Part shown: one piece after another, positions 9,658 to 17,821 of the stretch
Numbering within the stretch: the stretch's first letter is position 1
Layout of the letters: the number at the start of each line of letters is the position of its first letter
From: an uncultured Christensenellaceae bacterium
GTDB taxonomy: Bacteria > Bacillota > Clostridia > Christensenellales > Borkfalkiaceae
Reading direction: 5' to 3'
Length of the DNA stretch: 64,000 bases
Assembly (NCBI GenBank): GCA_910586825.1
Contig: CAJUJF010000010.1
Location: forward strand, 5,589 to 69,588
The notes under the pieces: generated by a model
Told to the model about the DNA's origin: nothing
Seen by the model: the letters and a program-made list of their open reading frames with translations, nothing else
Databases searched by the model: none
Translations under genes and position numbers: made by a program

Positions 9658-10827
9658 TTATTTCCGCGCGATACCCGTCCTGCGCGCGGCTTCCGCAACC
9701 GCTTTCGCGACCGCTTCGTGCGCGCCGCAATCGTAGGCGTAAGGCAGAATATAATCGGGCGAAAGCTTGTCCCCGACGCAGGAAGCGATCGCCTCGCTCG
9801 CCGCTCGCATCATCTCGAAATTGATATCCCGCGCGCGAACGTCGAGCGCGCCGCGGAACAGACCGGGGAATACGAGAACGTTGTTGATCTGATTGGGCTT
9901 TTCGGAAGAACCGGTTCCGACGACCGCCGCCCCCGCCTCCAACGCCGCTTCGCGGGAAATCTCCGGCACGGGATTGGCGCAGGTAAACACGACGGGATCG
10001 TTCGCCATGGAACGCACCATTTCTTTGGTGACGCAGTTCGCAACGGACACCCCGACGAATACGTCCGCGCCCTTCATCGCATCGCCCAGCCCGCCCGTGA
10101 TTCGGGAACGGTTGGTCAATTTGGCGATCTCCTGTTTTTCGGAATTGAGTCGGGAATCCCCTTCGCAAATGATCCCCTTGCTGTCGCACAGCACGACGGC
10201 GCGGCAACCGAGATTCAAGAGAAAGCGCGCGATCGCGATTCCGGCGGCGCCCGCGCCGTTGACGGCGATTTTCAGATCTTCCGCCCGTTTGCCGACAAGT
10301 TTCAACGCGTTAAACAGCGCGGCGGCGGTCACCACCGCGGTGCCGTGCTGATCGTCGTGAAATACGGGAATATCGAGTTCCTCTTTCAGACGGCGTTCGA
10401 TTTCGAAACAGCGCGGCGCCGAAATGTCTTCCAGATTGATTCCGCCGAAGGAGCCGGCAAGCAATTCGATCGTACGGATGATCTCCTCCGTATCTTTGGA
10501 ACGAATGCAAAGCGGGATCGCATCTACGCCGCCGAACGCCTTGAACAGCGCGCATTTTCCCTCCATGACGGGCATGCCCGCCTCCGGTCCGATATCCCCC
10601 AGCCCCAAGACCGCCGTACCGTCGGTGATGACGGGAACGGTATTCCAACGGCGGGTGAGTTCGAAACTCTTCTCCGTATCTTCGTGAATGGCGAGACAGG
10701 GTTCCGCAACCCCGGGCGTATAGGCAAGGGAGAGCTTTTCGCGGCTGTCCACCTCCACGCGGGAAACCACTTCGATCTTTCCTCTCCACTGTCCGTGCAA
10801 CTTCAACGATTCTTCTCTGTAATTCAT
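9658..10827 (-). CDS. NAD(P)-dependent malic enzyme (short form, no PTA domain)
   Basis: LAYTPGVAEPC and the Rossmann motif VNGAGAAGIA. At 389 aa it matches the short bacterial malic enzymes. Confidence 0.85.
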   Translation of the reverse strand: MNYREESLKLHGQWRGKIEVVSRVEVDSREKLSLAYTPGVAEPCLAIHEDTEKSFELTRRWNTVPVITDGTAVLGLGDIGPEAGMPVMEGKCALFKAFGGVDAIPLCIRSKDTEEIIRTIELLAGSFGGINLEDISAPRCFEIERRLKEELDIPVFHDDQHGTAVVTAAALFNALKLVGKRAEDLKIAVNGAGAAGIAIARFLLNLGCRAVVLCDSKGIICEGDSRLNSEKQEIAKLTNRSRITGGLGDAMKGADVFVGVSVANCVTKEMVRSMANDPVVFTCANPVPEISREAALEAGAAVVGTGSSEKPNQINNVLVFPGLFRGALDVRARDINFEMMRAASEAIASCVGDKLSPDYILPYAYDCGAHEAVAKAVAEAARRTGIARK

Positions 10828-10944
10828 AAACGTTCACCTCTTGATTCTTTCCGGTTCCGCCTTTGCAACAAATAACCGATCGGATTTATTATACACGCTC
10901 GGCTCTTTTCCGTCAACCCCGCGAACGCCCGTTTTTCCCAAAAC

Positions 10945-10982
10945 GGCAAAAAAATCGGGAGCCGTTCCGAAGAACGACTCCC
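10945..10982 (-). terminator. Intrinsic terminator downstream of the arabinofuranosidase gene
   Basis: Minus strand reads GGGAGTCGTTC-TTCG-GAACGGCTCCC (11 bp with one G-U), followed by GATTTTTTT. Confidence 0.55.
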
Positions 10983-11000
10983 TCCCCCCAAAAGCGGACT

Positions 11001-13391
11001 TTATTTCGTACGGATCCGCACAGCCGTCACGCTGTAAGGATCGATCGTAACGCCGATCTTGTTTCCGCCCGTAAACCCGTTTACGACCCGCTTGACGGGC
11101 TGCACCGCATCGCCCTGCAACGAACTGACGGCGTTCGACTTGAAATTTTGCAACGTAGTAATCTGCGCCGTGCCTTTCAGTTCCGTACCCGCAACGCCCA
11201 CGTCTAAATTCAGTTTCATTTCCGTTCCGCCGGCGTTGACGATCTTCACAATCAAATCGCCCGTTTCCCCGTCTGCGCTCGCGACATAGAAGAAATCGTC
11301 GAGCGTGCGCGTGACGACGGCGCCCGTCAGCTTCGAATTTCCTTTATAGTCCGTTTTCGGCGCGCTTCCGGAAGCAAACGCGATCGAAGAATCGAGTTTG
11401 TGATCGCCCGCATTCTGCATGAACAACTGCTGGACGTAATAGTTCGGCGTCAGCACGACGTCGGTGGCGTCGAAGAACATCATGTTCACGCCCCAATGGT
11501 GATTGATGTTCATGTCGCTCGGACGGATCAGATTGCCGAACATGGGCGCGTACGCCGCAAGTTTCACGATATCGCCGTTGCGCTCGTAACCCGTCATCAT
11601 CGCCGCCTCGGAAAGCGCCGTGATCCAACTGTTCTCCGTATAGGGAAAGCGCGTGTTTTCGTCCGGTTCGGGCGAACAGACCGTAAGCGTATTCGCCGAA
11701 TACTCGCCGACGAACACCTCGTAATATTCGTTGGGATCGGTGTCCGGACGCTTGTAGCCGTCGTACATCGTCGTGTTCGCCAAAAAGTCGGTATAGTTCA
11801 TGTAGTAATGCTGGTCGTGCACGCCGTAATCGCTGACCGCGCCGATCTTACCGCTCTTTTTATAATTGAGCGCCGCCTGTTGCGCCAGCCCCTTACGGTT
11901 TGCGGAAGGAAGCTCGCAGTGCATGAACAAGGTACAGTTCCCGACGATGATCTTGACGCTGCGGTATAGATCGTTGTCTTCGAACGCGAACTCTTTCAAA
12001 AACTCTTCGTAATAGCGGGTGTAATAATCGCCCCACTGTTCGTTACCGATGCCGAGATAGTCCATTTCGAACGGTTCGGGGTGCCCCATGTTCACACGGA
12101 CCTGCGCCCAGTATTTTTCGTTCGGATCGGAGGAATCCACGCTCCCCTTCGCAAAGCAGATCAGGTCTTTCGCATCCTGTACGAAATCTTTGATCTTGTT
12201 GCCGTGACGCCCGTTCAGCGCCGCGCCGATGCTTTGACCCTGACAGGCTTTTCCGCAATTCAGCACGGGAATCGCTTTCGCGCCCAGCGAATCGCACAGC
12301 AAGAAATATTCGTAGAAGCCGATGCCGTATTCCATCTGATAATAGGATTTTCCGTTGCCGTCGTTCAACGCCCAGATATCCGTGCTGTAATCTCTCGTCG
12401 CCTGTTCGCCGTACGTGCGCTCTTCCGAAATTTTACTCTCGTCGTTGAGTTGATAGACGAATTCGGGCACCGTGTCCGCCGTCGCTTCGCCCGCGACGAG
12501 AGAAGCGCCGATGGACTTCTTCCAATCGTAATAGCTGTCGTCGTCCTTCCCCTCGATAATGCATCCGCCGGGGAAACGGAAAAATGCGGGCGACATGTCT
12601 TTGATCGCGTTGTACAGATAGTTTTTAAAACCGAGCGTCGAATCCGTCGTCTCGAATTTCACGCAGTCCAGAAGCACCTTCCCCGTACCGTTGAAAGTGA
12701 TCTTCATGACGAGATCTTTCGAGGACGTCCCCGTCGCCGTAACCGTCGCGCGGTATTTCACCCATTCGGCAGAAGGCGCGAGCGACAGTTCCTTTTTCGC
12801 ATAAACGGTCGTGCCGTCCGTCACCTCGACGGTGATTCCGTCGGAATAACTTCCCGTTTTGATAAAAGCGCTGAAAACGTAATCCACGCCCTCCGTTACC
12901 GCGATCGGCGCGGCGCCGTACCCGAGATTGGTAAGCGAACTGCCAGCCGTCGCGGCGATCTCCGCGTAGTCGAGATTGATGCCCCCGAACGCCGGTCTGT
13001 TTTTAAAAATCCCGTCGGTAGAAGCAACTTTAAAAATCGAAGACGGTTCCGCGCGCCAGCGTTCCCCTTTGCCGCCCGCGCCTTTGTTCGCAAACGACCC
13101 GTTCGCGACGAGGTTGTCGTCGAGTCCGTAACAGGCGAAATTGATGTCTTCGAGAAACAGCCCGAATAAATCGGAGGAAATTTGCTTCGACGCCGTCGTT
13201 TTGTCGATTCCGCCGGTGAGCGAAACCGTGACGTCCGCCTGATCGAACGCGGGCGCCGTGCCGTCGATTTTTTCGGGTTCGGACGGATCGCCGACGGGGT
13301 CCTTCCCCCCGTCTCCGCAACCGACCAGACCCAGAAATGCGGACGCGCAAAAAGCGCCCGCCAGACATGTTGCCAACACCTTCTTTTTCAT
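11001..13391 (-). CDS. Secreted lipoprotein alpha-L-arabinofuranosidase (GH51-like) with an N-terminal CBM4/9-like module
   Basis: Lipobox FLGLVGCGDGG. The N-terminal ~230 aa form a beta-sandwich-like module (NLVANGSFANKG...LLDCVKFE). The catalytic region carries GIGNEQWG (acid/base) and VFVGEYSA, followed by an AbfA-type C-terminal beta domain. I chose the ATG at 13391 (MKKKV) because GGGGGGA lies 6 nt upstream. Confidence 0.7.
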   Translation of the reverse strand: MKKKVLATCLAGAFCASAFLGLVGCGDGGKDPVGDPSEPEKIDGTAPAFDQADVTVSLTGGIDKTTASKQISSDLFGLFLEDINFACYGLDDNLVANGSFANKGAGGKGERWRAEPSSIFKVASTDGIFKNRPAFGGINLDYAEIAATAGSSLTNLGYGAAPIAVTEGVDYVFSAFIKTGSYSDGITVEVTDGTTVYAKKELSLAPSAEWVKYRATVTATGTSSKDLVMKITFNGTGKVLLDCVKFETTDSTLGFKNYLYNAIKDMSPAFFRFPGGCIIEGKDDDSYYDWKKSIGASLVAGEATADTVPEFVYQLNDESKISEERTYGEQATRDYSTDIWALNDGNGKSYYQMEYGIGFYEYFLLCDSLGAKAIPVLNCGKACQGQSIGAALNGRHGNKIKDFVQDAKDLICFAKGSVDSSDPNEKYWAQVRVNMGHPEPFEMDYLGIGNEQWGDYYTRYYEEFLKEFAFEDNDLYRSVKIIVGNCTLFMHCELPSANRKGLAQQAALNYKKSGKIGAVSDYGVHDQHYYMNYTDFLANTTMYDGYKRPDTDPNEYYEVFVGEYSANTLTVCSPEPDENTRFPYTENSWITALSEAAMMTGYERNGDIVKLAAYAPMFGNLIRPSDMNINHHWGVNMMFFDATDVVLTPNYYVQQLFMQNAGDHKLDSSIAFASGSAPKTDYKGNSKLTGAVVTRTLDDFFYVASADGETGDLIVKIVNAGGTEMKLNLDVGVAGTELKGTAQITTLQNFKSNAVSSLQGDAVQPVKRVVNGFTGGNKIGVTIDPYSVTAVRIRTK

Positions 13392-13544
13392 AAAATATCC
13401 CCCCATGATATTTTTGATACGAACGGCATGCTATCGCCCGTACCGTTTTGTCGGTCAACCGTATTGTAACACACTTTTTCGGATTCCGCAAGAGTGTCAT
13501 TGAATTTTTTCTGAAATTTTTTAAATTTTATTAAAGCAATGAAA

Positions 13545-14723
13545 TTACTGCTTATCCCCCGCGATTTCTTTTTTGTTCTTCGTGATCCGAAAGGTCAGTT
13601 CCGTCATGCAGATCATGATCGCGACGAATACGAGAAGATAGACGGGCATGATCGTAAAACCGATCAGATTTCCTAGAAGCCCGAACAGCGGCGGAATAAA
13701 CGTGGTCCCGACATAAGCGCTCGCCATCTGGACGCCGATGATCGCGCCGGAATTTTCCGCACCGAAATTTTTCGGCGTAGAATGAATGATCGAGGGATAA
13801 ATCGGCGCGCAACCAAACCCGATCACGACGAATCCGACAAGGGCAACGATCGATGACTGTACGGGGATCAGCAACGAAACGATCCCACAGGTTAAAATAC
13901 AAGTTCCTATGAGGATCATTTTTCTGTCGCCGAGCTTATCCGTGATAAACCCGCCGATAAATCTTCCGACGGTAATCCCGATATAAAACAGCGAAGCGAA
14001 CGTCGCCGCACGTTCGGGAGAGATCCCCTTCACCTCTACAAAATAAGTGCTTGCCCACTGCATGGCGGTGGCTTCCGCGGCGCAATAAGCAAAAAAACCG
14101 ATCAGGAGAAACGAAACCCCCTTGATTTTCAGCGCGCCGATCAGACCCAAGCTCTTCTGTTCCTGCACCGCCGCCTTTTTATTGACCTTCCAGACGGGAA
14201 GGGTCGCCAAAAGTAACACGCCGATCGCCAACTGAATATATCCTACGATACGGTATCCGTTGTTCCAGGTCGAGTTCGTCAGCGCGTATCCCATCACGAA
14301 CGGGCTGACGATCGTCCCCACCCCCCAAAAACAGTGCAACCAACTCATGTGCCTGGACTTATAGTGTAAGGCAACGTAGTTGTTCAACGCCGCGTCGATC
14401 GCGCCCGCGCCAAGTCCGTAAGGTACGGCAAAGACGATCAGCATCCAAAAACGGTTCGAAAAAGAAAAACCGAACAACGCGACGGCGGTGAGAAACACGC
14501 TGATCACGGTCACGACACGCGTGCCGAGTTTCCGCGTCAACTGATCCGAGAACAAGCTCGAAAGAATCGTTCCGCCCGATATGACCATGGAAACGATTCC
14601 CATAAAGGATACGGGCACGTTCAATTCTTCGTGCATGACCGGCCAGCCCGAACCGAGAAGAGAATCGGGAAGTCCCAAACTGATAAACGCGATATAGATC
14701 AACGCAAGCAAAAGAGTATACAT
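13545..14723 (-). CDS. MFS transporter
   Basis: About 12 predicted TM helices, with an MFS loop motif in DQLTRKLGTRVV. I chose the ATG at 14723 (MYTLLLALIY), since the track's start is a TTG 21 codons upstream. Confidence 0.8.
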   Translation of the reverse strand: MYTLLLALIYIAFISLGLPDSLLGSGWPVMHEELNVPVSFMGIVSMVISGGTILSSLFSDQLTRKLGTRVVTVISVFLTAVALFGFSFSNRFWMLIVFAVPYGLGAGAIDAALNNYVALHYKSRHMSWLHCFWGVGTIVSPFVMGYALTNSTWNNGYRIVGYIQLAIGVLLLATLPVWKVNKKAAVQEQKSLGLIGALKIKGVSFLLIGFFAYCAAEATAMQWASTYFVEVKGISPERAATFASLFYIGITVGRFIGGFITDKLGDRKMILIGTCILTCGIVSLLIPVQSSIVALVGFVVIGFGCAPIYPSIIHSTPKNFGAENSGAIIGVQMASAYVGTTFIPPLFGLLGNLIGFTIMPVYLLVFVAIMICMTELTFRITKNKKEIAGDKQ

Positions 14724-14860
14724 AATGTTTCCGATTTGCAATAGATTTCCGTCAACTTTCAAAATCCCATTTCGTTCACCGTGCAAGGTTTCGGCGTCGT
14801 TGAAATCAGATTCTTACGCATTATATCATTCTCTGATCGAATTATCAATCAAATACAGTC

Positions 14861-14890
14861 AAAAAACGGCTTGCATTTTCAAGCCGTTTT
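14861..14890 (-). terminator. Intrinsic (bidirectional-looking) terminator after the Na/Pi transporter gene
   Basis: AACGGCTTG-loop-CAAGCCGTT forms a 9-bp stem, flanked by an A-run and a T-run. Confidence 0.6.
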
Positions 14891-14914
14891 TCCTCGTTAG
14901 ACGCTTATGCACGA

Positions 14915-16585
14915 TCAGTAAGATTTTATCGTCTTTGCAACGTTGATATAGTGGTCGGCGATTCGTTCGATATTCAAAGACAGGGAGAGATACTGCGAGC
15001 CGACTTCGGGCGTGCAAGCACCCTCGCCCAAACGACAGATGTTGTTTTCCGCCATACGGGAGGTAAAACCGTCTATTTTTTCCTCCGCCTCGTACGCATT
15101 TTTCAGCGCTTGCAGGTCGCCGTTTTCGTAGGCTTTCATCACCTGATCAAAGAGGACGTGAATCAGTTCTTTCAGTTCCGCGATCTCCTTTTTCGCCGTT
15201 TCCGAAAACGCCGTTTCGGTCTCTTTCAGTCTGTCCGCATATTCGACGATATTTTCCGCATAGTCCCCGACGCGTTCCAGATCGGTGATCGTGCGGAACG
15301 CCGTGGAGAGATAGACGCGGTCTTTCTCGCTCAATTCGGATTTCATCAACCTGACGATGAACTTTGCAAGTTCCCGATTCAGATAATCGAGCTGCCGTTC
15401 CTGCCTGCGGAACAGCCCCTCTTTTTCATAGTTCAAGGTACACACGATTTCCGTGGAAATATCGAAATTCTTCAAAGCGATCTCCGCCATGTTCATGATC
15501 TCGCGCTTCGCCTGCTGAACGGCGATCGGAGGATTTTTCAGCATGTGCTCTTCCACGTAAAAGAAATGCGGCTCGTCGGCTTTCTTCCCGTCGCTTACCT
15601 TGTCGGGTACGATTTTCGTAACGAATTTTGCAAGAATGCCGGTGAGCGGCAACACGACAAACACCGTCAGCACGTTGAAAAACGTATGGAACATCGAAAG
15701 CTGTATCTGCGGCGCATGCGGGAACATTTTGGCGAAAAGCCAACCGTAATCGATACCGCCGAGCCGCAGGAAGAGTCCGAGCAACAAAAACACGACAACG
15801 CCGCTAACGTTGAATATCAGATGGATGAGCGCCGTCCGCTTGGCGTTGCGCGTGCTGGTCAGTCCCGCCATAAGCGCGGTGACGCACGTTCCGATATTCG
15901 CGCCCATCGTGAGATAGATGCCCTGATCGAGGGAGATCAAACCGCTTACGACCATGGTAAGGGTCATGGAAGTCATTACGGAAGAACTCTGAACGACCGC
16001 CGTCAACAGCGCCCCCACCAGCACCAACAACAAGGGATTCCGGAACGACGCGAGAAAGTTTTTAACCGATTCGAGTTCGGAAAAATAATTCATTGCCCCG
16101 CTCATCATCGAAAGTCCGACGAAAAGCATTCCGAACCCCGCCAAAATCCCGCCCGCTTTCCGGAACTTGTCCTTCTTTGCGAAAACGAGAATGAAGGCGC
16201 CGACGCCCGCCAACGAAGCAAAGACGACGGAAGTGGAAACGGAATTTCCGCCGAACATTCCCAAAGCGACAAGCTGCCCCGTGATCGTCGTACCGATATT
16301 CGCGCCGAAAATCACCGTTGCGGCCTGCGTAAGCGTCATGATCCCCGCGTTTACGAAGCCGATTACCATGACGGTCGTCGCGCTCGAACTTTGGATAAGC
16401 GCGGTCGTCGCCGCGCCGACGCCGACGCCCGCCAATTTACTCTTCGAAGTCTTCGCAAACAGCGCTTTCAGCCTCCTGTTCCCCAGCGATTCCAGATTGG
16501 AACTCATCATCGAACAGGCAATCAGAAATATCCCGACCCCAGCGATCAAATTAAGTACCGAAGTAACCACGGTTACCGCGTCCAT
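14915..16585 (-). CDS. Na/Pi-cotransporter family protein with C-terminal PhoU-like repeats
   Basis: Two Na/Pi-cotransporter repeats (LIQSSSATTVM, VVQSSSVMTSM) and two PhoU-like repeats (LERVGDYAENI, IERIADHYINV). I prefer the ATG at 16585 (MDAVTVV) because GGAGG lies 5 nt upstream. Confidence 0.85.
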   Translation of the reverse strand: MDAVTVVTSVLNLIAGVGIFLIACSMMSSNLESLGNRRLKALFAKTSKSKLAGVGVGAATTALIQSSSATTVMVIGFVNAGIMTLTQAATVIFGANIGTTITGQLVALGMFGGNSVSTSVVFASLAGVGAFILVFAKKDKFRKAGGILAGFGMLFVGLSMMSGAMNYFSELESVKNFLASFRNPLLLVLVGALLTAVVQSSSVMTSMTLTMVVSGLISLDQGIYLTMGANIGTCVTALMAGLTSTRNAKRTALIHLIFNVSGVVVFLLLGLFLRLGGIDYGWLFAKMFPHAPQIQLSMFHTFFNVLTVFVVLPLTGILAKFVTKIVPDKVSDGKKADEPHFFYVEEHMLKNPPIAVQQAKREIMNMAEIALKNFDISTEIVCTLNYEKEGLFRRQERQLDYLNRELAKFIVRLMKSELSEKDRVYLSTAFRTITDLERVGDYAENIVEYADRLKETETAFSETAKKEIAELKELIHVLFDQVMKAYENGDLQALKNAYEAEEKIDGFTSRMAENNICRLGEGACTPEVGSQYLSLSLNIERIADHYINVAKTIKSY

Positions 16586-16693
16586 GCAACCCTCCATTTT
16601 TTCTTTTTGAGTGAATTTTTTATTTTACGAAACGATCTTTGCGATCAGTTTGTGCTTTTTTCCGAAAAAGGCATCCTCGCGATCTGAGACTTT

Positions 16694-16740
16694 CAAAAAA
16701 ATAAAGAGACCCTTACTGAACTCAATTCAGTAAAAGTCTC
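16694..16740 (-). terminator. Leader terminator (expression platform) upstream of the Na/Pi transporter gene
   Basis: Minus strand reads GAGACUUUUACUGAA-UUGAG-UUCAGUAAGGGUCUC (15 bp incl. 2 G-U), followed by UUUAUUUUUUU. It lies ~110 nt upstream of the start codon, inside the 5' UTR. Confidence 0.6.
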
Positions 16741-16824
16741 GAAATTTAAGCGTTCCCGGACATTCGCAGATATCGTATTGACGGTTAGCGCACGTTATTG
16801 ACAACGCTTTCTACTCCCTTTTAT
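16731..16824 (-). promoter_or_regulatory. Candidate yybP-ykoY (Mn2+) riboswitch aptamer
   Basis: Minus strand: AUAAAAGGGAGUAG AAGCGUU ... GUCAAUA ... GUCAAUACG ... AACGCUU AAAUUUC GAGACUUUUA. The 5' AAAAG can pair with the 3' CUUUU (P1). GGGAGUAG matches the conserved L1 sequence and GAGAC the conserved 3' element. A 7-bp inner helix AAGCGUU/AACGCUU is present. The inner helices could not be mapped fully onto the family by eye. Confidence 0.45.
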
Positions 16825-16848
16825 GGCAATCTTACTATTTACAAGTTA

Positions 16849-16877
16849 ATCATAGCATACCCGATTTTGTTTGTCAA
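16849..16877 (-). promoter_or_regulatory. Sigma-A type promoter driving the riboswitch-like leader and Na/Pi gene
   Basis: Minus strand reads TTGACA, a 17-nt spacer, then TATGAT with a TGC extended -10 (-35 at 16872-16877, -10 at 16849-16854). Confidence 0.6.
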
Positions 16878-17052
16878 GAAAATTAAATATTTTGTTGCGT
16901 TGCAAATTTGTCTCGTCATCCCATAAATTTCTTTGAAAATTCGAATATCGCAAATTTTTATCAAACAATTATTATTTATCGATTTTTGTTTCTCTTTTCA
17001 TTTCCGCCATTTGCTCGATCAGTTCCGCCAAAGGATGGTATTCGCCGCCCCA

Positions 17053-17502
17053 TTATTCAAAGACGCGCATTCCCTCGTCTTGCAAAACCGGTCCCGTCAT
17101 TTTGATATCGATATTGATTTCCGATAAAGCTTTTTCGTAGTCAAGCGGTTTATAATCATTCGGCGTTAATAATGAAAACTTTTGATGGGAAACGCCGAAA
17201 ACTACGTTTTTAATTCCCAACGACGCAATCGCCGTTAAACAACGCTCGCACGGCGCAAAGCTTGTATAAAAAATCGCTTCTCGCAAAACCTCGTCGGAAT
17301 ACTTGTTTGCGCATTTATGTACCAAATTAAATTCCGCGTGTCCGAATAAACCGTTTATATGATCTGCGGTATTTTCGGCTTCTTGCAAAATATTTCCTCG
17401 ATATACGATTACCGCGCCGAAAGTATCGTAACCTTTTTTTTCCGCCGAGATTGCAAGTTCTAAGCAACGTCTCATATATTGTTCGTGTTCTTTCATTTCC
17501 AT
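17053..17502 (-). CDS. CMP/dCMP-type zinc deaminase (guanine/cytidine/tRNA-adenosine deaminase family)
   Basis: H-A-E motif (GHAEFNLV) and P-C-x-x-C motif (APCERC), at 149 aa. The gene is visibly AT-richer than its neighbours. Confidence 0.8.
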   Translation of the reverse strand: MEMKEHEQYMRRCLELAISAEKKGYDTFGAVIVYRGNILQEAENTADHINGLFGHAEFNLVHKCANKYSDEVLREAIFYTSFAPCERCLTAIASLGIKNVVFGVSHQKFSLLTPNDYKPLDYEKALSEINIDIKMTGPVLQDEGMRVFE

Positions 17503-17542
17503 AAGATCATTCTATCGCTTTTATATATTGTTCACCAACCGC

Positions 17543-17600
17543 AAAATAAAAGAAAAAACCCAAATCAAACTACCCTTTATATAGGTGTTCAACTTAGGTT
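17543..17600 (-). terminator. Putative terminator after tRNA-Ser
   Basis: Minus strand AACCUAAGUUGAAC pairs with GUUUGAUUUGGGUU (14 bp incl. 4 G-U, 16-nt loop). UUUUCUUUUAUUUU follows. Confidence 0.4.
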
Positions 17601-17605
17601 CTTAC

Positions 17606-17695
17606 TGGCGCAGAGAAAGGGATTTGAACCCTTGGATACATTCCTGCATCACACGATTTCGAATCGTGCGCGTTCGACCGCTCCGCCATCTCTGC
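17606..17695 (-). tRNA. tRNA-Ser (anticodon CGA), CCA encoded
   Basis: The reverse complement folds as a class II tRNA. Acceptor stem GCAGAGA/TCTCTGC. Anticodon stem-loop CACGA-TTCGAAA-TCGTG gives anticodon CGA. It has a long variable arm, T-arm AAGGG-TTCAAAT-CCCTT, discriminator G and CCA. Confidence 0.9.
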
Positions 17696-17708
17696 AAAAC
17701 CGAACATA

Positions 17709-17737
17709 ATTGTACACGAATTTCGCCAAAAAAGCAA
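17709..17737 (-). promoter_or_regulatory. Dedicated sigma-A type promoter for tRNA-Ser
   Basis: Minus strand reads TTGCTT, a 17-nt spacer, then TACAAT. The -10 ends ~13 nt upstream of the mature tRNA 5' end. Confidence 0.5.
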
Positions 17738-17777
17738 TCGTTTTGGCGCGACTTTCACCTTTTTTCGGAAAAATTCA

Positions 17778-17810
17778 TAAAAAACTTCCTCTCCGTCACC
17801 GAAGAGGAAG
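17778..17810 (-). terminator. Intrinsic terminator ending the giant-gene operon
   Basis: Minus strand reads CTTCCTCT-TCGGTGACGG-AGAGGAAG (8-bp perfect stem), followed by TTTTTT. It starts 12 nt after the stop of the 849-aa gene. Confidence 0.65.
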
Positions 17811-17821
17811 CAAAATTCGTT

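Noticed and set aside
16972-17052. 26 sense codons continuing in frame after the deaminase stop codon (possible read-through or gene remnant).
   Set aside because: There is no start codon or RBS of its own, the stretch is too short to evaluate, and TAA is a strong stop. I mention it only as possible debris in the low-GC-patch finding.
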